Notes: generated from the letters alone by a model not told the origin. 64,000 bases of DNA from an uncultured Actinomycetes bacterium (GCA_963797025.1 CAWCNU010000003.1:255255-319254); one strand, 5' to 3'; positions 7,923 to 17,714 are shown, counted from the first letter of the stretch. A program made the numbers and translations.

Positions 7923-8540
7923 CTACTCGCCGATGATCCTCACGCGATGCCCGTCGGGGTCGGTGAGGTCGGCGGTGGGTGCGCCGGCGGCGGCCGCGAA
8001 CGCGATCTCGACGTGCTCGGTGGGCTCGTCGCCGGGGAGGAAGGAGAAGCTGCCGCCGTCGCCGCGGAACTGCACGCGATCGGCGGTGTCGGTGCCGAGG
8101 CGCAGGCCGGCCCGCGGGGCGATCGAGAGGTAGAACTCGCGGACGGCGGCGAGGTCGGTGACGCGGATCCAGAGGTGGTCGACGACGCCGGGCCCGACGC
8201 TGTCGTGCAGCGCGGCCTCGGCGCTGTTGGCGTCCGGGTCGAGCAGGAAGCCGCCGTAGTAGTCCTCGCCGTAGACCGGGCGCGGCCCCGGCTCGCCGTC
8301 GTCGCGGTAGCCCGCATCGACGCCGGCCTGCCAGAACGCGCCGACCTCCTCGCGCGAGGTCGCGCCGAAGCCGATGTGCAGGCGCCGCGTGGCGGGGTCC
8401 TCCTCGTTCGCGGGCGCGATCCGGAAGTGGCCCCACGCGTCGTCGGCGGTGCGCTGGACACCGAGCGGCGCGAGGACCGTGTCGTAGAAGCGCCGCGACG
8501 CGCCGAGGTCCGCGACCCGGATCGTCACGCGCTCGAACAT
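7923..8540 (-). CDS. Two-domain VOC (glyoxalase/bleomycin-resistance/dioxygenase) family protein
   Basis: 205 aa. MFERVTIRVADLGASRRFYDTVLAPLG... is repeated as ...HLWIRVTDLAAVREFYLSIAPRAG..., which is the typical tandem beta-alpha-beta-beta-beta module. Confidence 0.75.
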   Translation of the reverse strand: MFERVTIRVADLGASRRFYDTVLAPLGVQRTADDAWGHFRIAPANEEDPATRRLHIGFGATSREEVGAFWQAGVDAGYRDDGEPGPRPVYGEDYYGGFLLDPDANSAEAALHDSVGPGVVDHLWIRVTDLAAVREFYLSIAPRAGLRLGTDTADRVQFRGDGGSFSFLPGDEPTEHVEIAFAAAAGAPTADLTDPDGHRVRIIGE

Positions 8541-8594
8541 CAGCCGTCGTCAGCGCCGGCGAACATCGCGACGACGATCTCCAACGGCGTGCGG

Positions 8595-8858
8595 TCAGCG
8601 CGCCGGCTCGCGGCCGGACTCCGCGCCGCTCGGCGCGCGGAAGCGCACGAGCTTGTGGCTGCCGTCGCAGAACGGCCGCTGGCGCGACTTGCCGCACCGG
8701 CAGAGCGCGATCGTGGTGCGGCCGCCGTCGATCTCGTTGCCGTCCTGATCCTCGAGCCGGAAGGGCCCGCGGACGAGCAGCGGCCCGTCGCGGTAGCTCG
8801 TGATGCGCGCCTCGCCGTCCATGCCATCGGTCTCTTCCCCCGTGGAGGCTTCCCGCAA
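8595..8858 (-). CDS. CDGSH iron-sulfur domain protein
   Basis: The ...CRCGKSRQRPFCDGSHK... motif. The start may instead be the ATG at 8822 (MDGEARITSYRDGPLLV). Confidence 0.8.
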   Translation of the reverse strand: MREASTGEETDGMDGEARITSYRDGPLLVRGPFRLEDQDGNEIDGGRTTIALCRCGKSRQRPFCDGSHKLVRFRAPSGAESGREPAR

Positions 8859-8933
8859 GCGTCGCGGTCGTATATCTGGTCAATCCGGTAGCTCCACTGG
8901 CCGCCACCCGGCGCCACGGCTACATTCGATCGC

Positions 8934-9860
8934 ATGACCAACGCCGCCCGGATCCTCCTCGCCCTCGTCCTCGCCGCCGTCGTCGCATCGCCGGCCGCCG
9001 CGGCTCCGAAGAAGAACACGAAGTCGCCGGCGCAGACGTCGGCCTACTGGACCGCGGAGAAGCTGAAGAACGCCAAGCCGCGCGAGCGCGCGAAGCCCGG
9101 CGGTGGTGGCGGAGGCACGACCGCGGCGGACTGGGCGCGCACGACGGTGCCGCTGACCGGCGGCGCGTACACCGGCGAGAACCGCAAGAACGGCAAGGTC
9201 TTCATGACGATCGACGGCGTCAACTACGTGTGCTCGGGCACCGCGGTCGACGCCGCCGCGGGCGTCAACCTCGTCTGGACCGCCGGCCACTGCGTCACCG
9301 ACGGCCCCGGCCACGACGCGACGAACCTCATGTTCGTCCCGGGCTACTACCGGGGCGCCGAGCCCAACGGGCGCTGGACGTTCACGTCGCTGGACTCGAC
9401 GCCCACCTGGGAGGGCCAGGGCGTCAACCGCTTCCGCGCCGACGTCGGGGCGGCCCGCGTCGTCAACCCGGCGAACGCGACGGCGACGTTCGCGAGCACG
9501 ACCGGCACGCGCCCGATCGCGTTCGGGCACAACCCGGCGGGCAGCCGCCTCGTGAGCTTCGGCTACCCCGCGGCCCGCCCGTTCGACGGCTCGCAGCAGT
9601 ACCAGTGCGCGTCGCCGTTTCGCCGCTGGGACGTCAGCCCGCTGCTGGACCCGATGCAGATCAGCTGCGACATGACCGGCGGCTCCAGCGGCGGTGGCTG
9701 GATCCTCGACGTCGACGCCGATCGCATCGGCGACCCCGGAGAGCCGCTCGTCTCGGTCAACTCCTACGGCTATGCCAGCGAGAAGAACACGATGTACGGG
9801 CCCTACATGCCGGCGGGCGGCGAGGCGCAGGCGCTCTACGGACGCCTCTCCGCTCCCTAG
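8934..9860 (+). CDS. Secreted trypsin-like (S1) serine protease
   Basis: Signal peptide ...VVASPAAAAP, His motif VWTAGHCV, and Ser motif DMTGGSSGGGW. Confidence 0.8.
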   Translation: MTNAARILLALVLAAVVASPAAAAPKKNTKSPAQTSAYWTAEKLKNAKPRERAKPGGGGGGTTAADWARTTVPLTGGAYTGENRKNGKVFMTIDGVNYVCSGTAVDAAAGVNLVWTAGHCVTDGPGHDATNLMFVPGYYRGAEPNGRWTFTSLDSTPTWEGQGVNRFRADVGAARVVNPANATATFASTTGTRPIAFGHNPAGSRLVSFGYPAARPFDGSQQYQCASPFRRWDVSPLLDPMQISCDMTGGSSGGGWILDVDADRIGDPGEPLVSVNSYGYASEKNTMYGPYMPAGGEAQALYGRLSAP

Positions 9861-9869
9861 GGCGGGCCC

Positions 9870-11258
9870 TCAGGCGTAGTTCGTCGGGCGCGCGAGCGCC
9901 TTGACGAAGTCCTCGAGCTGGCCGGTCGTCCAGCACTCGAAGGCCTGGCAGTGGCGCGCGTAGGAGTCGATGACCGAGTCGCCGTAGTTCCAGTACAGCC
10001 GCGGCTCGGGGTTCAGCCAGAACGTCCGGCCGGCGCGCTCGGCGATCTGGGCGAAGATGTCGGCGCGCGGGTCGCGGCCGTTCGTGCGCGCGTCGCCGAG
10101 GACGATGACCGTCGCGCGCGGGTGCAGGTCGTCCTCCACGAGCGCGCGGAACTCCGACCAGACGCGGCCGTAGTCGGTGTAGCCCGAGACGTCGGCGACG
10201 CCGGCGTCGCGCGCGATCGCCTCCGACACCGCCCGGAAGTCGCGCTCGCGGTCAAAGACGCCGGTGACCTCGCTGATGCGCTCGATGAAGACGAACGAGC
10301 GCATCTTGCGAAACGAGTCGTGCAGCGCGTGCAACACCGAGAGGAAGAAGACCGACGCGCTCGTGACGCTCGTCGAGACGTCGCAGAGGACATAGATCTC
10401 CGGTCGCCGCGGGCGCACGGGCTTGTAGCGCAGGTCGACCGGGACGCCGCCGGTCTGCAGCGACGCGCGCATCGTGCGCCGGACGTCGACGTGCGCATGG
10501 TGCTTGTGGCCGCGCGACTGCAGCCCCTGGGTCTTCAGCCGCCGCTTGAGCTGGGCGACGACGCGATGGACCGCGGCGAGGTCCTGCAGCGGGCCCGACG
10601 GCAGGGCGCGGTCGAGCTCGTTCAGCGGCCGCGAGGGCGGCAGCTGCTCGGTGCGCTGGATCTGCGCGCGCTCGAGCTCGCGGCGCAGGAGCGCCTCGAA
10701 GCGGCGCAGCGCGTCGCGCGGCACGCCGTCGCGGCGCGGGTCGTCCTCGGGCAGCTCGCGCTGGGGCTCGACGCGCAGGCCGAGCGCGCGGCGGATGCGC
10801 TGGACGTCGACGCCCACGACGCCCGAGCCCTCCTGCCGGCGCGCGAAGGCCGCGATCGCCAGGCGCGCGAGGTCGCGCAGCATGCTCTCCGAGCCGTCGC
10901 GCAGCGCCGCCGCGATCTGGCGGCGCAGCTCGTCGAGGTCGATGTCGGCGTGGGCGGCGTCGACGTCCTCGGCGCCGGCGGTCTCGCGGACGCCCTCGCG
11001 GATCGCCGCGGCCTCCGCGGCGCGGAAGAAGAAGCGCTCGAAGACGAGCTCGAAGATCCGCCGGTCCTCCTGGGACTTCGCGAGCGTCGCCGCGAGCGCC
11101 TCGCGGAAGTCGCCGGGATCCGTCCAGGCGATCTCCTCGAGGACGGCGAACGCGTCGAGCAGCTCGGCGGTGCCGCTGCCGACCCCCTCGGCGCGCAGCT
11201 GCTCGCCGAACTCGACGAGCCGCGCCGCGATCCCGTCAGGTGCGCTGGCGGCCCGCAA
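9870..11258 (-). CDS. VWA domain protein, CoxE-like
   Basis: 462 aa. The start overlaps the upstream AAA gene by 23 nt. The C-terminal half (...YVLCDVSTSVTSASVFFLSVLHAL...VIVLGDARTNG...) resembles a VWA MIDAS pattern of the CoxE family. Confidence 0.75.
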   Translation of the reverse strand: MRAASAPDGIAARLVEFGEQLRAEGVGSGTAELLDAFAVLEEIAWTDPGDFREALAATLAKSQEDRRIFELVFERFFFRAAEAAAIREGVRETAGAEDVDAAHADIDLDELRRQIAAALRDGSESMLRDLARLAIAAFARRQEGSGVVGVDVQRIRRALGLRVEPQRELPEDDPRRDGVPRDALRRFEALLRRELERAQIQRTEQLPPSRPLNELDRALPSGPLQDLAAVHRVVAQLKRRLKTQGLQSRGHKHHAHVDVRRTMRASLQTGGVPVDLRYKPVRPRRPEIYVLCDVSTSVTSASVFFLSVLHALHDSFRKMRSFVFIERISEVTGVFDRERDFRAVSEAIARDAGVADVSGYTDYGRVWSEFRALVEDDLHPRATVIVLGDARTNGRDPRADIFAQIAERAGRTFWLNPEPRLYWNYGDSVIDSYARHCQAFECWTTGQLEDFVKALARPTNYA

Positions 11259-12123
11259 CGAGCTTGACCCCCACGCGCTCGGCGACGACGTCGAGGTCGG
11301 TCCGGTGCTTGACGATGACCGACAGCGTCTCGCGGAAGATCTCGGCGTCGATGTCCTGGGCGCCGAGCAGCAGCAGCGCGCGCGCCCAGTCGATCGACTC
11401 CGCGATCGAGGGCGGCTTCTTGAGGTCGAGGTCGCGCACCATGCCGACGATCTCGACGAGCTTGCGGGTCACGGTCCGGTCGAGGTCGGGGACGTGGAGC
11501 TCGACGATCGCGAGCTCGTGCTCGAGGGAGGGATAGTCGAGCCAGAGATACAGGCATCTGCGCTTCAGCGCCTCGGTGAGCTCGCGCGAGTTGTTCGACG
11601 TCAGCAGGACGACGGGGTGCGAGCGCGCCTCGACGCGGCCGAGCTCGGGGATCGAGATCTGGAAGTCGGACAGGATCTCGAGCAGCATCGCCTCGAACTC
11701 CTGGTCGGTCTTGTCGATCTCGTCGATGAGCAGGACGATCGGCTGCTCGGACGTGATCGCGTCCATGAGCGGGCGCTGGAGCAGGAACTCCTCGCCGAAG
11801 ATGTCCTCCTGGACCTCCTCCCAGCCGGTGCCGCGCCCCTCGGCCTGGATGCGCAGCAGCTGCTTGCGGTAGTTCCACTCGTACAGCGCCTTGGCCTCGT
11901 CGAGGCCCTCGTAGCACTGCAGGCGCACGAGCCGGCGGTCGAGCGTCTTGGCGAGCGCCTTGGCGAGCTCGGTCTTGCCGACGCCGGCCGGGCCCTCGAC
12001 GAGGATCGGCTTGCCGAGCTTGAAGGCGAGATACGCGACGAGCGCCGTCGACTCGGCGGGCAGGTAGCCGACCTCTTGCAGGCCGACGGCGACTGCGGCG
12101 ACGGAATCGGGTGCGGCGGCCAT
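11236..12123 (-). CDS. MoxR-type AAA+ ATPase, CoxD-like
   Basis: ATG at 12123. Walker A VEGPAGVGKTELAKALA, Walker B VLLIDEIDK, and ...VLLTSNNSRELTEALKRRC... Confidence 0.85.
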   Translation of the reverse strand: MAAAPDSVAAVAVGLQEVGYLPAESTALVAYLAFKLGKPILVEGPAGVGKTELAKALAKTLDRRLVRLQCYEGLDEAKALYEWNYRKQLLRIQAEGRGTGWEEVQEDIFGEEFLLQRPLMDAITSEQPIVLLIDEIDKTDQEFEAMLLEILSDFQISIPELGRVEARSHPVVLLTSNNSRELTEALKRRCLYLWLDYPSLEHELAIVELHVPDLDRTVTRKLVEIVGMVRDLDLKKPPSIAESIDWARALLLLGAQDIDAEIFRETLSVIVKHRTDLDVVAERVGVKLVAGRQRT

Positions 12124-12128
12124 GAACG

Positions 12129-12383
12129 GTGGATGATAGGAAGTCCTTGGTGGCCGCCCTCGTCCTCGGAGCATCCGATCCGTCGGCGACGCCCGTCGCG
12201 CTGCTCATGGGCTTCGCCGTCCTCGTCGCGATCATCGGCCACCTCGCGGGCTCGACGCGCACCGTCGTCGTCGGGATCGCGATCCTCTTCGCGGCGACCG
12301 CGCTGCTCATCGGGGGCGCCTACCAGTCCTACCGCGACGACGACGCCGACCCGCGCCAGTGCGACGCCCCCGGAGGCTGCTGA
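12129..12383 (+). CDS. Hypothetical small two-TM membrane protein
   Basis: 84-aa ORF with two hydrophobic stretches. It starts only 5 nt from the divergent AAA gene, so both the start and the reality of the gene are uncertain. Confidence 0.35.
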   Translation: MDDRKSLVAALVLGASDPSATPVALLMGFAVLVAIIGHLAGSTRTVVVGIAILFAATALLIGGAYQSYRDDDADPRQCDAPGGC

Positions 12384-12476
12384 GGCCGAGGGCGCCGCTC
12401 CGCTTGCGCCGGCCGTGCGCCGGGTACCCGCGCAGTCGCCGTGGGGAGCAAGACAGCCAGGGGAGCCTGAGGCGCC

Positions 12477-13151
12477 GTGGGGGGCGGGGGTGACACGCGC
12501 GGGCCCTACGAGCAGCTCGAGTCGCTCTATCTGCCGGTCGCGGCGGCCGTCTTCGTGCTCGTGGCGCTCGCCCTCGTCGTCGTCGCGGTGCGCTTTCGCG
12601 CGCGCGCCGGGGCGCAGCCGTCGCAGCGGATGTCCGCGCCGCGGCTGGAGATCGCCTACGCGGTCGGGCTCGCGATCGTCGCCGGGCTGCTGCTGTGGCG
12701 CTCGTTCGAGGCGATGTCCGACAGCGACCCGGTCGTCGCGCGCGCCGCGCCCGCGGCCGGCGCGGGACCCAGCGGGCTGACGATCGGCATCGTCGCCTCG
12801 CGCTGGAACTGGCGCGTGTCCTATCCGGGCGACGTCGTGCAGACCGGCGACGGCCGGACGCGGCCGGCGACGCTCGTCGTCCCCGCCGGCCGGCCCGTGC
12901 GCTTCGAGCTGACCTCGCGCGACGTCGTCCATGCGCTGTGGGTCCCCGAGCTGCGGGCGAAGTACGACGCGATGCCCGGCTACACGAACGTCTTCGACCT
13001 GCGCTTCGCCGCCGGCGCCGACTACGACACCGTCCGCTGCTCGGAGTTCTGCGGCGATCTGCACGACCGGATGCTCCTGCGCATCGACGCGCGCGAGCCG
13101 GCGGCGTTCGATGCCTGGCTGCGCGACCGCCAGGAGGCGGTGGCGCGATGA
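12477..13151 (+). CDS. ctaC: Cytochrome c oxidase subunit II
   Basis: Two N-terminal TM helices and the CuA motif ...VHALWVPELRAK...CSEFCGDLHDRM. Confidence 0.9.
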   Translation: MGGGGDTRGPYEQLESLYLPVAAAVFVLVALALVVVAVRFRARAGAQPSQRMSAPRLEIAYAVGLAIVAGLLLWRSFEAMSDSDPVVARAAPAAGAGPSGLTIGIVASRWNWRVSYPGDVVQTGDGRTRPATLVVPAGRPVRFELTSRDVVHALWVPELRAKYDAMPGYTNVFDLRFAAGADYDTVRCSEFCGDLHDRMLLRIDAREPAAFDAWLRDRQEAVAR

Positions 13152-14764
13152 TGGTCGCGGCGCTGCTGTCGGCCGATCACAAGGTCGTCGCGATCCGGGC
13201 GGTCGTCGTCGCGGCCGTCTTCTTCGCCGGCGCCGGGATCCTCGCGCTGCTCATGCGCGCCGAGCTCGCCGAGCCCGGCCTGCAGGTCGTCTCGCGCGCG
13301 GGCTACACGCAGCTCTTCACGATGCACGGCTCGACGATGATCTTCCTCGTCGTCATCCCGCTCGCGCTCGCGGCGTGCCTGTACCTCGTGCCGCTGCAGA
13401 TCGGCGCGCGCGGGCTGAGCTGGCCGCGGTGGGCGTTCGCGGGGCAGTGGCTCATCGCGCTCGGCGGCGTCGTCATGTGGACGGGCTGGCTCACGCGCGA
13501 GGGCGCCGGGCGCGCGGGCTGGTACGCGTACGACCCGCTGGCGCGCACGCCCGCGACCCCCGGCCCGGGCATGGACCTCTGGCTCTGCGGCGCGATCATG
13601 GCGACGCTCGGGGCGATCTTCATCGCCGCCGCCGTGCTCGCGACGATCGTGCGCCGCCGCGCGCCCGGCATGACGATGCTGCGCCTGCCGGTCTTCACGT
13701 GGACGGCGCTGGCGAGCTGCCTGCTCGTCGTCTGCGCGTTCCCCTCGCTCGTCGTCGCGTTCGGGCTGCTCGTCGCCGAGCGCCGCGGCGCGCGGATCCT
13801 CGACCCGATCGCCTACCAGCACCTGTTCTGGTTCTACGGCCACCCCGCGGTCTACGTCATGTTCTTCCCGTTCGTCGGGCTCGTCGCCGAGGTGGCGTCG
13901 GCGCTCAGCGGCCGGCGCTTCTTCGGCTACAGGGCGTTCGTGCTCGCGCTGCTGGCGTTCACGGCGCTGTCGATGAGCGCCTGGGCGCACCACATGTTCA
14001 CGACCGGATCGGTGCCGAGCCGGCTCTTCGCGCTGACCTCCACGGCGCTCATCGTGCCGGCCGGGATCGAGTACTTCGACATCATCGCGACGCTCTGGCG
14101 GGGCGTCGTGCGCTTCACGACGGCGATGCTCTTCGTCTTCGGCTTCTTGCTGCAGTTCCTGCTCGGCGGCCTCAGCGGGATCTTCGTCGCCTCGCCGGTG
14201 CTCGACTACCACGCGCAGGACTCCTACATCGTCGTCGCGCACTTCCACTACACGCTCTTCGCGGGCAGCCTCTTCGGGCTCTTCGCCGGGCTGTACTTCT
14301 ACTGGCCGAAGGTCACCGGCCGCTACCTCTCCGAGCGGCTCGGGCGGATCCACTTCGCGACGCTCGTCGCCGGCACGACGCTGACGTTCCTGCCGATGTT
14401 CATCCTCGGCCGCGACGGCATGGCGCGGCGCCTGGCCGACTACCCCGACGACGCCGGCTGGACGGTGCTGAACGCGATCTCGACGGCCGGCGCCGGGCTC
14501 ATCGCGATCGGCACGCTGCTGTTCCTCCTCAGCGCGACGACGAGCTTCCTGCGCGCGCGCAGCGCCCCCGCCGACGCCTGGGGGAGCGGCATGACGCTCG
14601 AGTGGGCGACGAGCTCGCCGCCCCCGGCGCACAACTTCGACGCGCTGCCGCCGATCCGCTCCTACGCGCCGCTCTACGACCTGCGCCACGGCACCGAGGA
14701 CGACGAGGCGCGCGCGGCGCCGACGGCGCCGGGTGGGCCGCAGCCGCAGGGAGCCGGCGCATGA
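13148..14764 (+). CDS. ctaD: Cytochrome c oxidase subunit I
   Basis: The ATG at 13148 overlaps the ctaC stop (ATGA). Motifs: FTMHGSTMIFLVV, WFYGHPAVYVMFFP, WAHHMFTTG. Confidence 0.95.
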   Translation: MMVAALLSADHKVVAIRAVVVAAVFFAGAGILALLMRAELAEPGLQVVSRAGYTQLFTMHGSTMIFLVVIPLALAACLYLVPLQIGARGLSWPRWAFAGQWLIALGGVVMWTGWLTREGAGRAGWYAYDPLARTPATPGPGMDLWLCGAIMATLGAIFIAAAVLATIVRRRAPGMTMLRLPVFTWTALASCLLVVCAFPSLVVAFGLLVAERRGARILDPIAYQHLFWFYGHPAVYVMFFPFVGLVAEVASALSGRRFFGYRAFVLALLAFTALSMSAWAHHMFTTGSVPSRLFALTSTALIVPAGIEYFDIIATLWRGVVRFTTAMLFVFGFLLQFLLGGLSGIFVASPVLDYHAQDSYIVVAHFHYTLFAGSLFGLFAGLYFYWPKVTGRYLSERLGRIHFATLVAGTTLTFLPMFILGRDGMARRLADYPDDAGWTVLNAISTAGAGLIAIGTLLFLLSATTSFLRARSAPADAWGSGMTLEWATSSPPPAHNFDALPPIRSYAPLYDLRHGTEDDEARAAPTAPGGPQPQGAGA

Positions 14765-14819
14765 CAGCGCGCCAGTGCTCGACGGTCGTCCGCGCCGAGC
14801 CCGAAGGCCGGTCCTCGCG

Positions 14820-15200
14820 ATGAGCCCGGCGCTGCCGTTGGCCGGCTGGGGGATCGCGCTCGTCGCGATCGCGCTCTTCGGCGCGGCGCAGTACGAGCTC
14901 GACCTCCTGCCGACGCTCCTGCTCGCCGGCGCCGGCGCGGCGGCGATCGTCGCCGGCCTGGCCGCCGGTGTCGCCGAGCGGCGCCGCGCGCGGGCGCCGT
15001 TCGCGCCGCAGCTCGTCGTGCACAGCTCCGCCGCGACGCTCGTGCTGACCTTCGGCGCGACGCTCGCCTTCGTCGGGATCGCATCCGTCGGCGCCGGCGT
15101 CATGTGGCCGGGCGTCGCGCTCGTCATCGCCGGGGCCGGCGGGCTGCTGCGCGAGGCCCGCGCGGAGCGCCGGATGCGGCGGCCGGGGGGCGAGCCGTGA
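14820..15200 (+). CDS. Four-TM membrane protein of unknown function (possible small oxidase subunit)
   Basis: ATG at 14820 inside ORF 14733..15200. About four hydrophobic helices. It sits between ctaD and ctaG, and its stop overlaps the ctaG GTG. Confidence 0.5.
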   Translation: MSPALPLAGWGIALVAIALFGAAQYELDLLPTLLLAGAGAAAIVAGLAAGVAERRRARAPFAPQLVVHSSAATLVLTFGATLAFVGIASVGAGVMWPGVALVIAGAGGLLREARAERRMRRPGGEP

Positions 15201-15979
15201 TCGCGGCGGCGCCGCTGCTGCTCGCCGCCGGCGCGCTCGTCTGGGCGACCCGGCGCCAACGCCGCTGGCCGGCCGCGCGCACCGCCGCCGGGCTCGCGGG
15301 CCTCGCCGCGCTCGGCGTCGCGTTCTCGCCCGTCCTCGACGATCGCTCCGCGCAGCTGCTGAGCGCGCACATGCTCCAGCACGGGATCCTCGCGCTCGTC
15401 GCCGCGCCGCTGCTCGTCGCCGCGGCGCCCGTGCGCCTCCTGCTCGGCGTGCTGCCGCGCGGCCCGCGCCGCAGCCTCGCCGCGCTGCTGCACCGCCGCT
15501 GGGTGCGCGCGCTGGCCCACCCGCTCGGCGGGCTGGCGATCTTCGTCGCGGTGCTCGCGATCGTGCACGTCCCGGCCGTCTACGAGGCGGCGCTGCGCAC
15601 GCCCCTGCTGCACGGCGCCGAGCACGCGGCGCTGCTGTGGTCGGCGATCGCGCTGTGGGCGCCGCTGCAGGGCGCCGACCCGCTGCCGCACCGTGCGGGG
15701 GCGATCGCGCGCGTCGGCGTCCTCATCGCCGCGATGACCGCGATGGGCGCGCTCGGCGCGATCCTCGCGGCGGCCCGCGACGTCGTCTATCCCGCCTACG
15801 TCGCGCCGGCCCTCGCGCTCGGGCGCGACCCGCTCGCCGACCAGGAGCTCGCCGGCGGCGTCATGTGGATCGGCGGGATGGTCGTCTCGCTGCCGGGGCT
15901 GCTCGCCGTCGCGTGGGCGGCGCTCGCGCGCGAGGAGCGCCGCCAGCGCGCGCGCGAGGCGGTCGGGGGCGAGCGGTGA
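15197..15979 (+). CDS. ctaG: Cytochrome c oxidase assembly factor CtaG (caa3-type CtaG family)
   Basis: GTG at 15197 (GTGA overlap). A polytopic protein with ...LLSAHMLQHGILALVAAPLL... and ...DQELAGGVMWIGG... Confidence 0.75.
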   Translation: MIAAAPLLLAAGALVWATRRQRRWPAARTAAGLAGLAALGVAFSPVLDDRSAQLLSAHMLQHGILALVAAPLLVAAAPVRLLLGVLPRGPRRSLAALLHRRWVRALAHPLGGLAIFVAVLAIVHVPAVYEAALRTPLLHGAEHAALLWSAIALWAPLQGADPLPHRAGAIARVGVLIAAMTAMGALGAILAAARDVVYPAYVAPALALGRDPLADQELAGGVMWIGGMVVSLPGLLAVAWAALAREERRQRAREAVGGER

Positions 15980-16725
15980 GCCGGCGCCGGATCCTCGCCA
16001 TGGCGGCGTTCTGCGCCGGGGCCGCGTGCGGGTGGCCGGGTTCCGCGCCGGCGCAGAACCCGCAGCGCGACTCCGGCGCGGGGGCATCCAGCGGGCAGGC
16101 GCTCTTCGAGGACTCCTGCGTGTCCTGTCACGGCGACGGCGCGCGCGGGGTCGCCGGTCGCGGCCCGTCGCTGCTCGGCGTCGGGCCGGGGTCCGTCGAC
16201 TTCTACCTCTCGACCGGCCGCATGCCGCTGTCGGATCCCGACGTCGAGCCGCCGCGCACCGAGCCCGTCTTCGGCGCCGCGCAGCGCCGGGCGCTGCAGG
16301 ACTACATCACGGGCCTGCAGCCCGGCGGGGAGGCGATCCCCGACGTCGACCCGGCGCGCGGCGACGTCGCCCGCGGGCGGCGCCTGTTCGCCGCCGACTG
16401 CTCGGGCTGTCACCAGATCGTCGGCAAGGGCGGCGTGGACCCGGAGATCGTCGCGCCCGCGCTCGAGGACTCGACGCCGGTCCAGATCGCCGAGGCGATC
16501 CGCATCGGCCCGTATCTCATGCCGCGCTTCGGCGAGCGCCGCCTCGACGACCACGACGTCGACTCGATCGCGCGCTACGTCACCGAGGTCGTCCAGCGCC
16601 CGCCCGACCGCGGCGGCTGGGGGATCGGCAACATCGGCCCGATCCCAGAGGGCCTCGTCGCGTGGCTGCTGGCCGCCGGCGTGCTGCTGAGCGTCGCGCG
16701 CGTCATCGGGGAGCGCCACCGATGA
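15976..16725 (+). CDS. qcrC: Diheme cytochrome c subunit of the menaquinol:cytochrome c reductase
   Basis: GTG at 15976 (GTGA overlap). Two heme motifs (CVSCH and CSGCH) and a C-terminal TM anchor. Confidence 0.85.
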   Translation: MSRRRILAMAAFCAGAACGWPGSAPAQNPQRDSGAGASSGQALFEDSCVSCHGDGARGVAGRGPSLLGVGPGSVDFYLSTGRMPLSDPDVEPPRTEPVFGAAQRRALQDYITGLQPGGEAIPDVDPARGDVARGRRLFAADCSGCHQIVGKGGVDPEIVAPALEDSTPVQIAEAIRIGPYLMPRFGERRLDDHDVDSIARYVTEVVQRPPDRGGWGIGNIGPIPEGLVAWLLAAGVLLSVARVIGERHR

Positions 16726-17714
16726 TCCGGCGCCTGCTCACGCGCCTGCTCGCGTTCCTCGGCATCGTCCGCGGCGTCGTGCGCGCGACGCACGAGCCGC
16801 CGCCCGGCGAGCACGCCCGCGACGACGACGCCGACCCGCGGCGGCGCGAGATCCCCTCCTCGCGCGGCGCCGAGCTCGCGCTCGTCGCGCTGCTCGCGCT
16901 CGCCGGCCTCGGCTTCGCGGCCTTCGGCGTCCTCGTCGCCGCCGATGCCGACCCGCGGCTGCTCGGCGCCGTCCTCGGCGGCGGCCTCGCGAGCCTCTCG
17001 GCCGCGCTCATCGTCGCCGGGCTGCGCGTCGTTCCCCAGGAGGTGGCGGTCGAGGAGCGCCCGCCGATGACCGACGACCAGGCGCGCGATGAGGCCGTCG
17101 AGGAGTTCGCTCGCGGGACCGAGGGCGTCTCGCGGCGACGGCTCATCGTCGCGGCGGCAGGCGCCGCGGGCACCGGGCTGGCGGCCGCCGCGGTACTCCC
17201 GCTGACCGCGCTCGGACCCGGGTCGCATGTCCTCAACGAGTCGCCGTGGCGCGCCGGGGTGCCACTCGTCGACGAGGACGGCGAGGCGGTCGAGGCCGCC
17301 GCGCTCGTCGTCGGGAGCTTCGTCACCGCCTTCCCGCTGGGCGCCGACCGCCGCGAGCTCGGGTCGCCGGTCATCGTCGTGCGCATCGACCCGCTGACGC
17401 TCGACCTCCCGGCCGAGCGCGAGACGTGGGCGCCGGAGGGCATCCTCGCCTTCTCGAAGATCTGCACGCACGCCGGCTGCGCGGTCTCGCTGTTTCGCCA
17501 TCCGCTCAACGAGGAGACGTCGGGGCCGCCGGCGCTCGTCTGCCCGTGCCACTACTCGACGTTCGACGTCCGCCGGGCCGCGGAGGTCACGCTCGGGCCG
17601 GCAGGGCGGCCGCTGCCGCAGCTGCCGCTGCGCATCGACGACGGCCGCCTCGTCGCGGCGGGCCGGCTGTCGGGCTCCGTCGGGCCGGCCTGGTGGGGGA
17701 CCGACCGCGCATGA
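16722..17714 (+). CDS. qcrA: Rieske iron-sulfur subunit of the bc1 complex
   Basis: ATG at 16722 (ATGA overlap). N-terminal TM helices. Rieske boxes CTHAGC and CPCHYSTF. Confidence 0.9.
   Translation: MIRRLLTRLLAFLGIVRGVVRATHEPPPGEHARDDDADPRRREIPSSRGAELALVALLALAGLGFAAFGVLVAADADPRLLGAVLGGGLASLSAALIVAGLRVVPQEVAVEERPPMTDDQARDEAVEEFARGTEGVSRRRLIVAAAGAAGTGLAAAAVLPLTALGPGSHVLNESPWRAGVPLVDEDGEAVEAAALVVGSFVTAFPLGADRRELGSPVIVVRIDPLTLDLPAERETWAPEGILAFSKICTHAGCAVSLFRHPLNEETSGPPALVCPCHYSTFDVRRAAEVTLGPAGRPLPQLPLRIDDGRLVAAGRLSGSVGPAWWGTDRA

Noticed and set aside
9870-12123. The MoxR-VWA pair as a novel defence or unknown system.
   Set aside because: This is the well-known CoxD/CoxE-type chaperone pair. 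Only its location is mildly notable, and that is reported separately at low interest.
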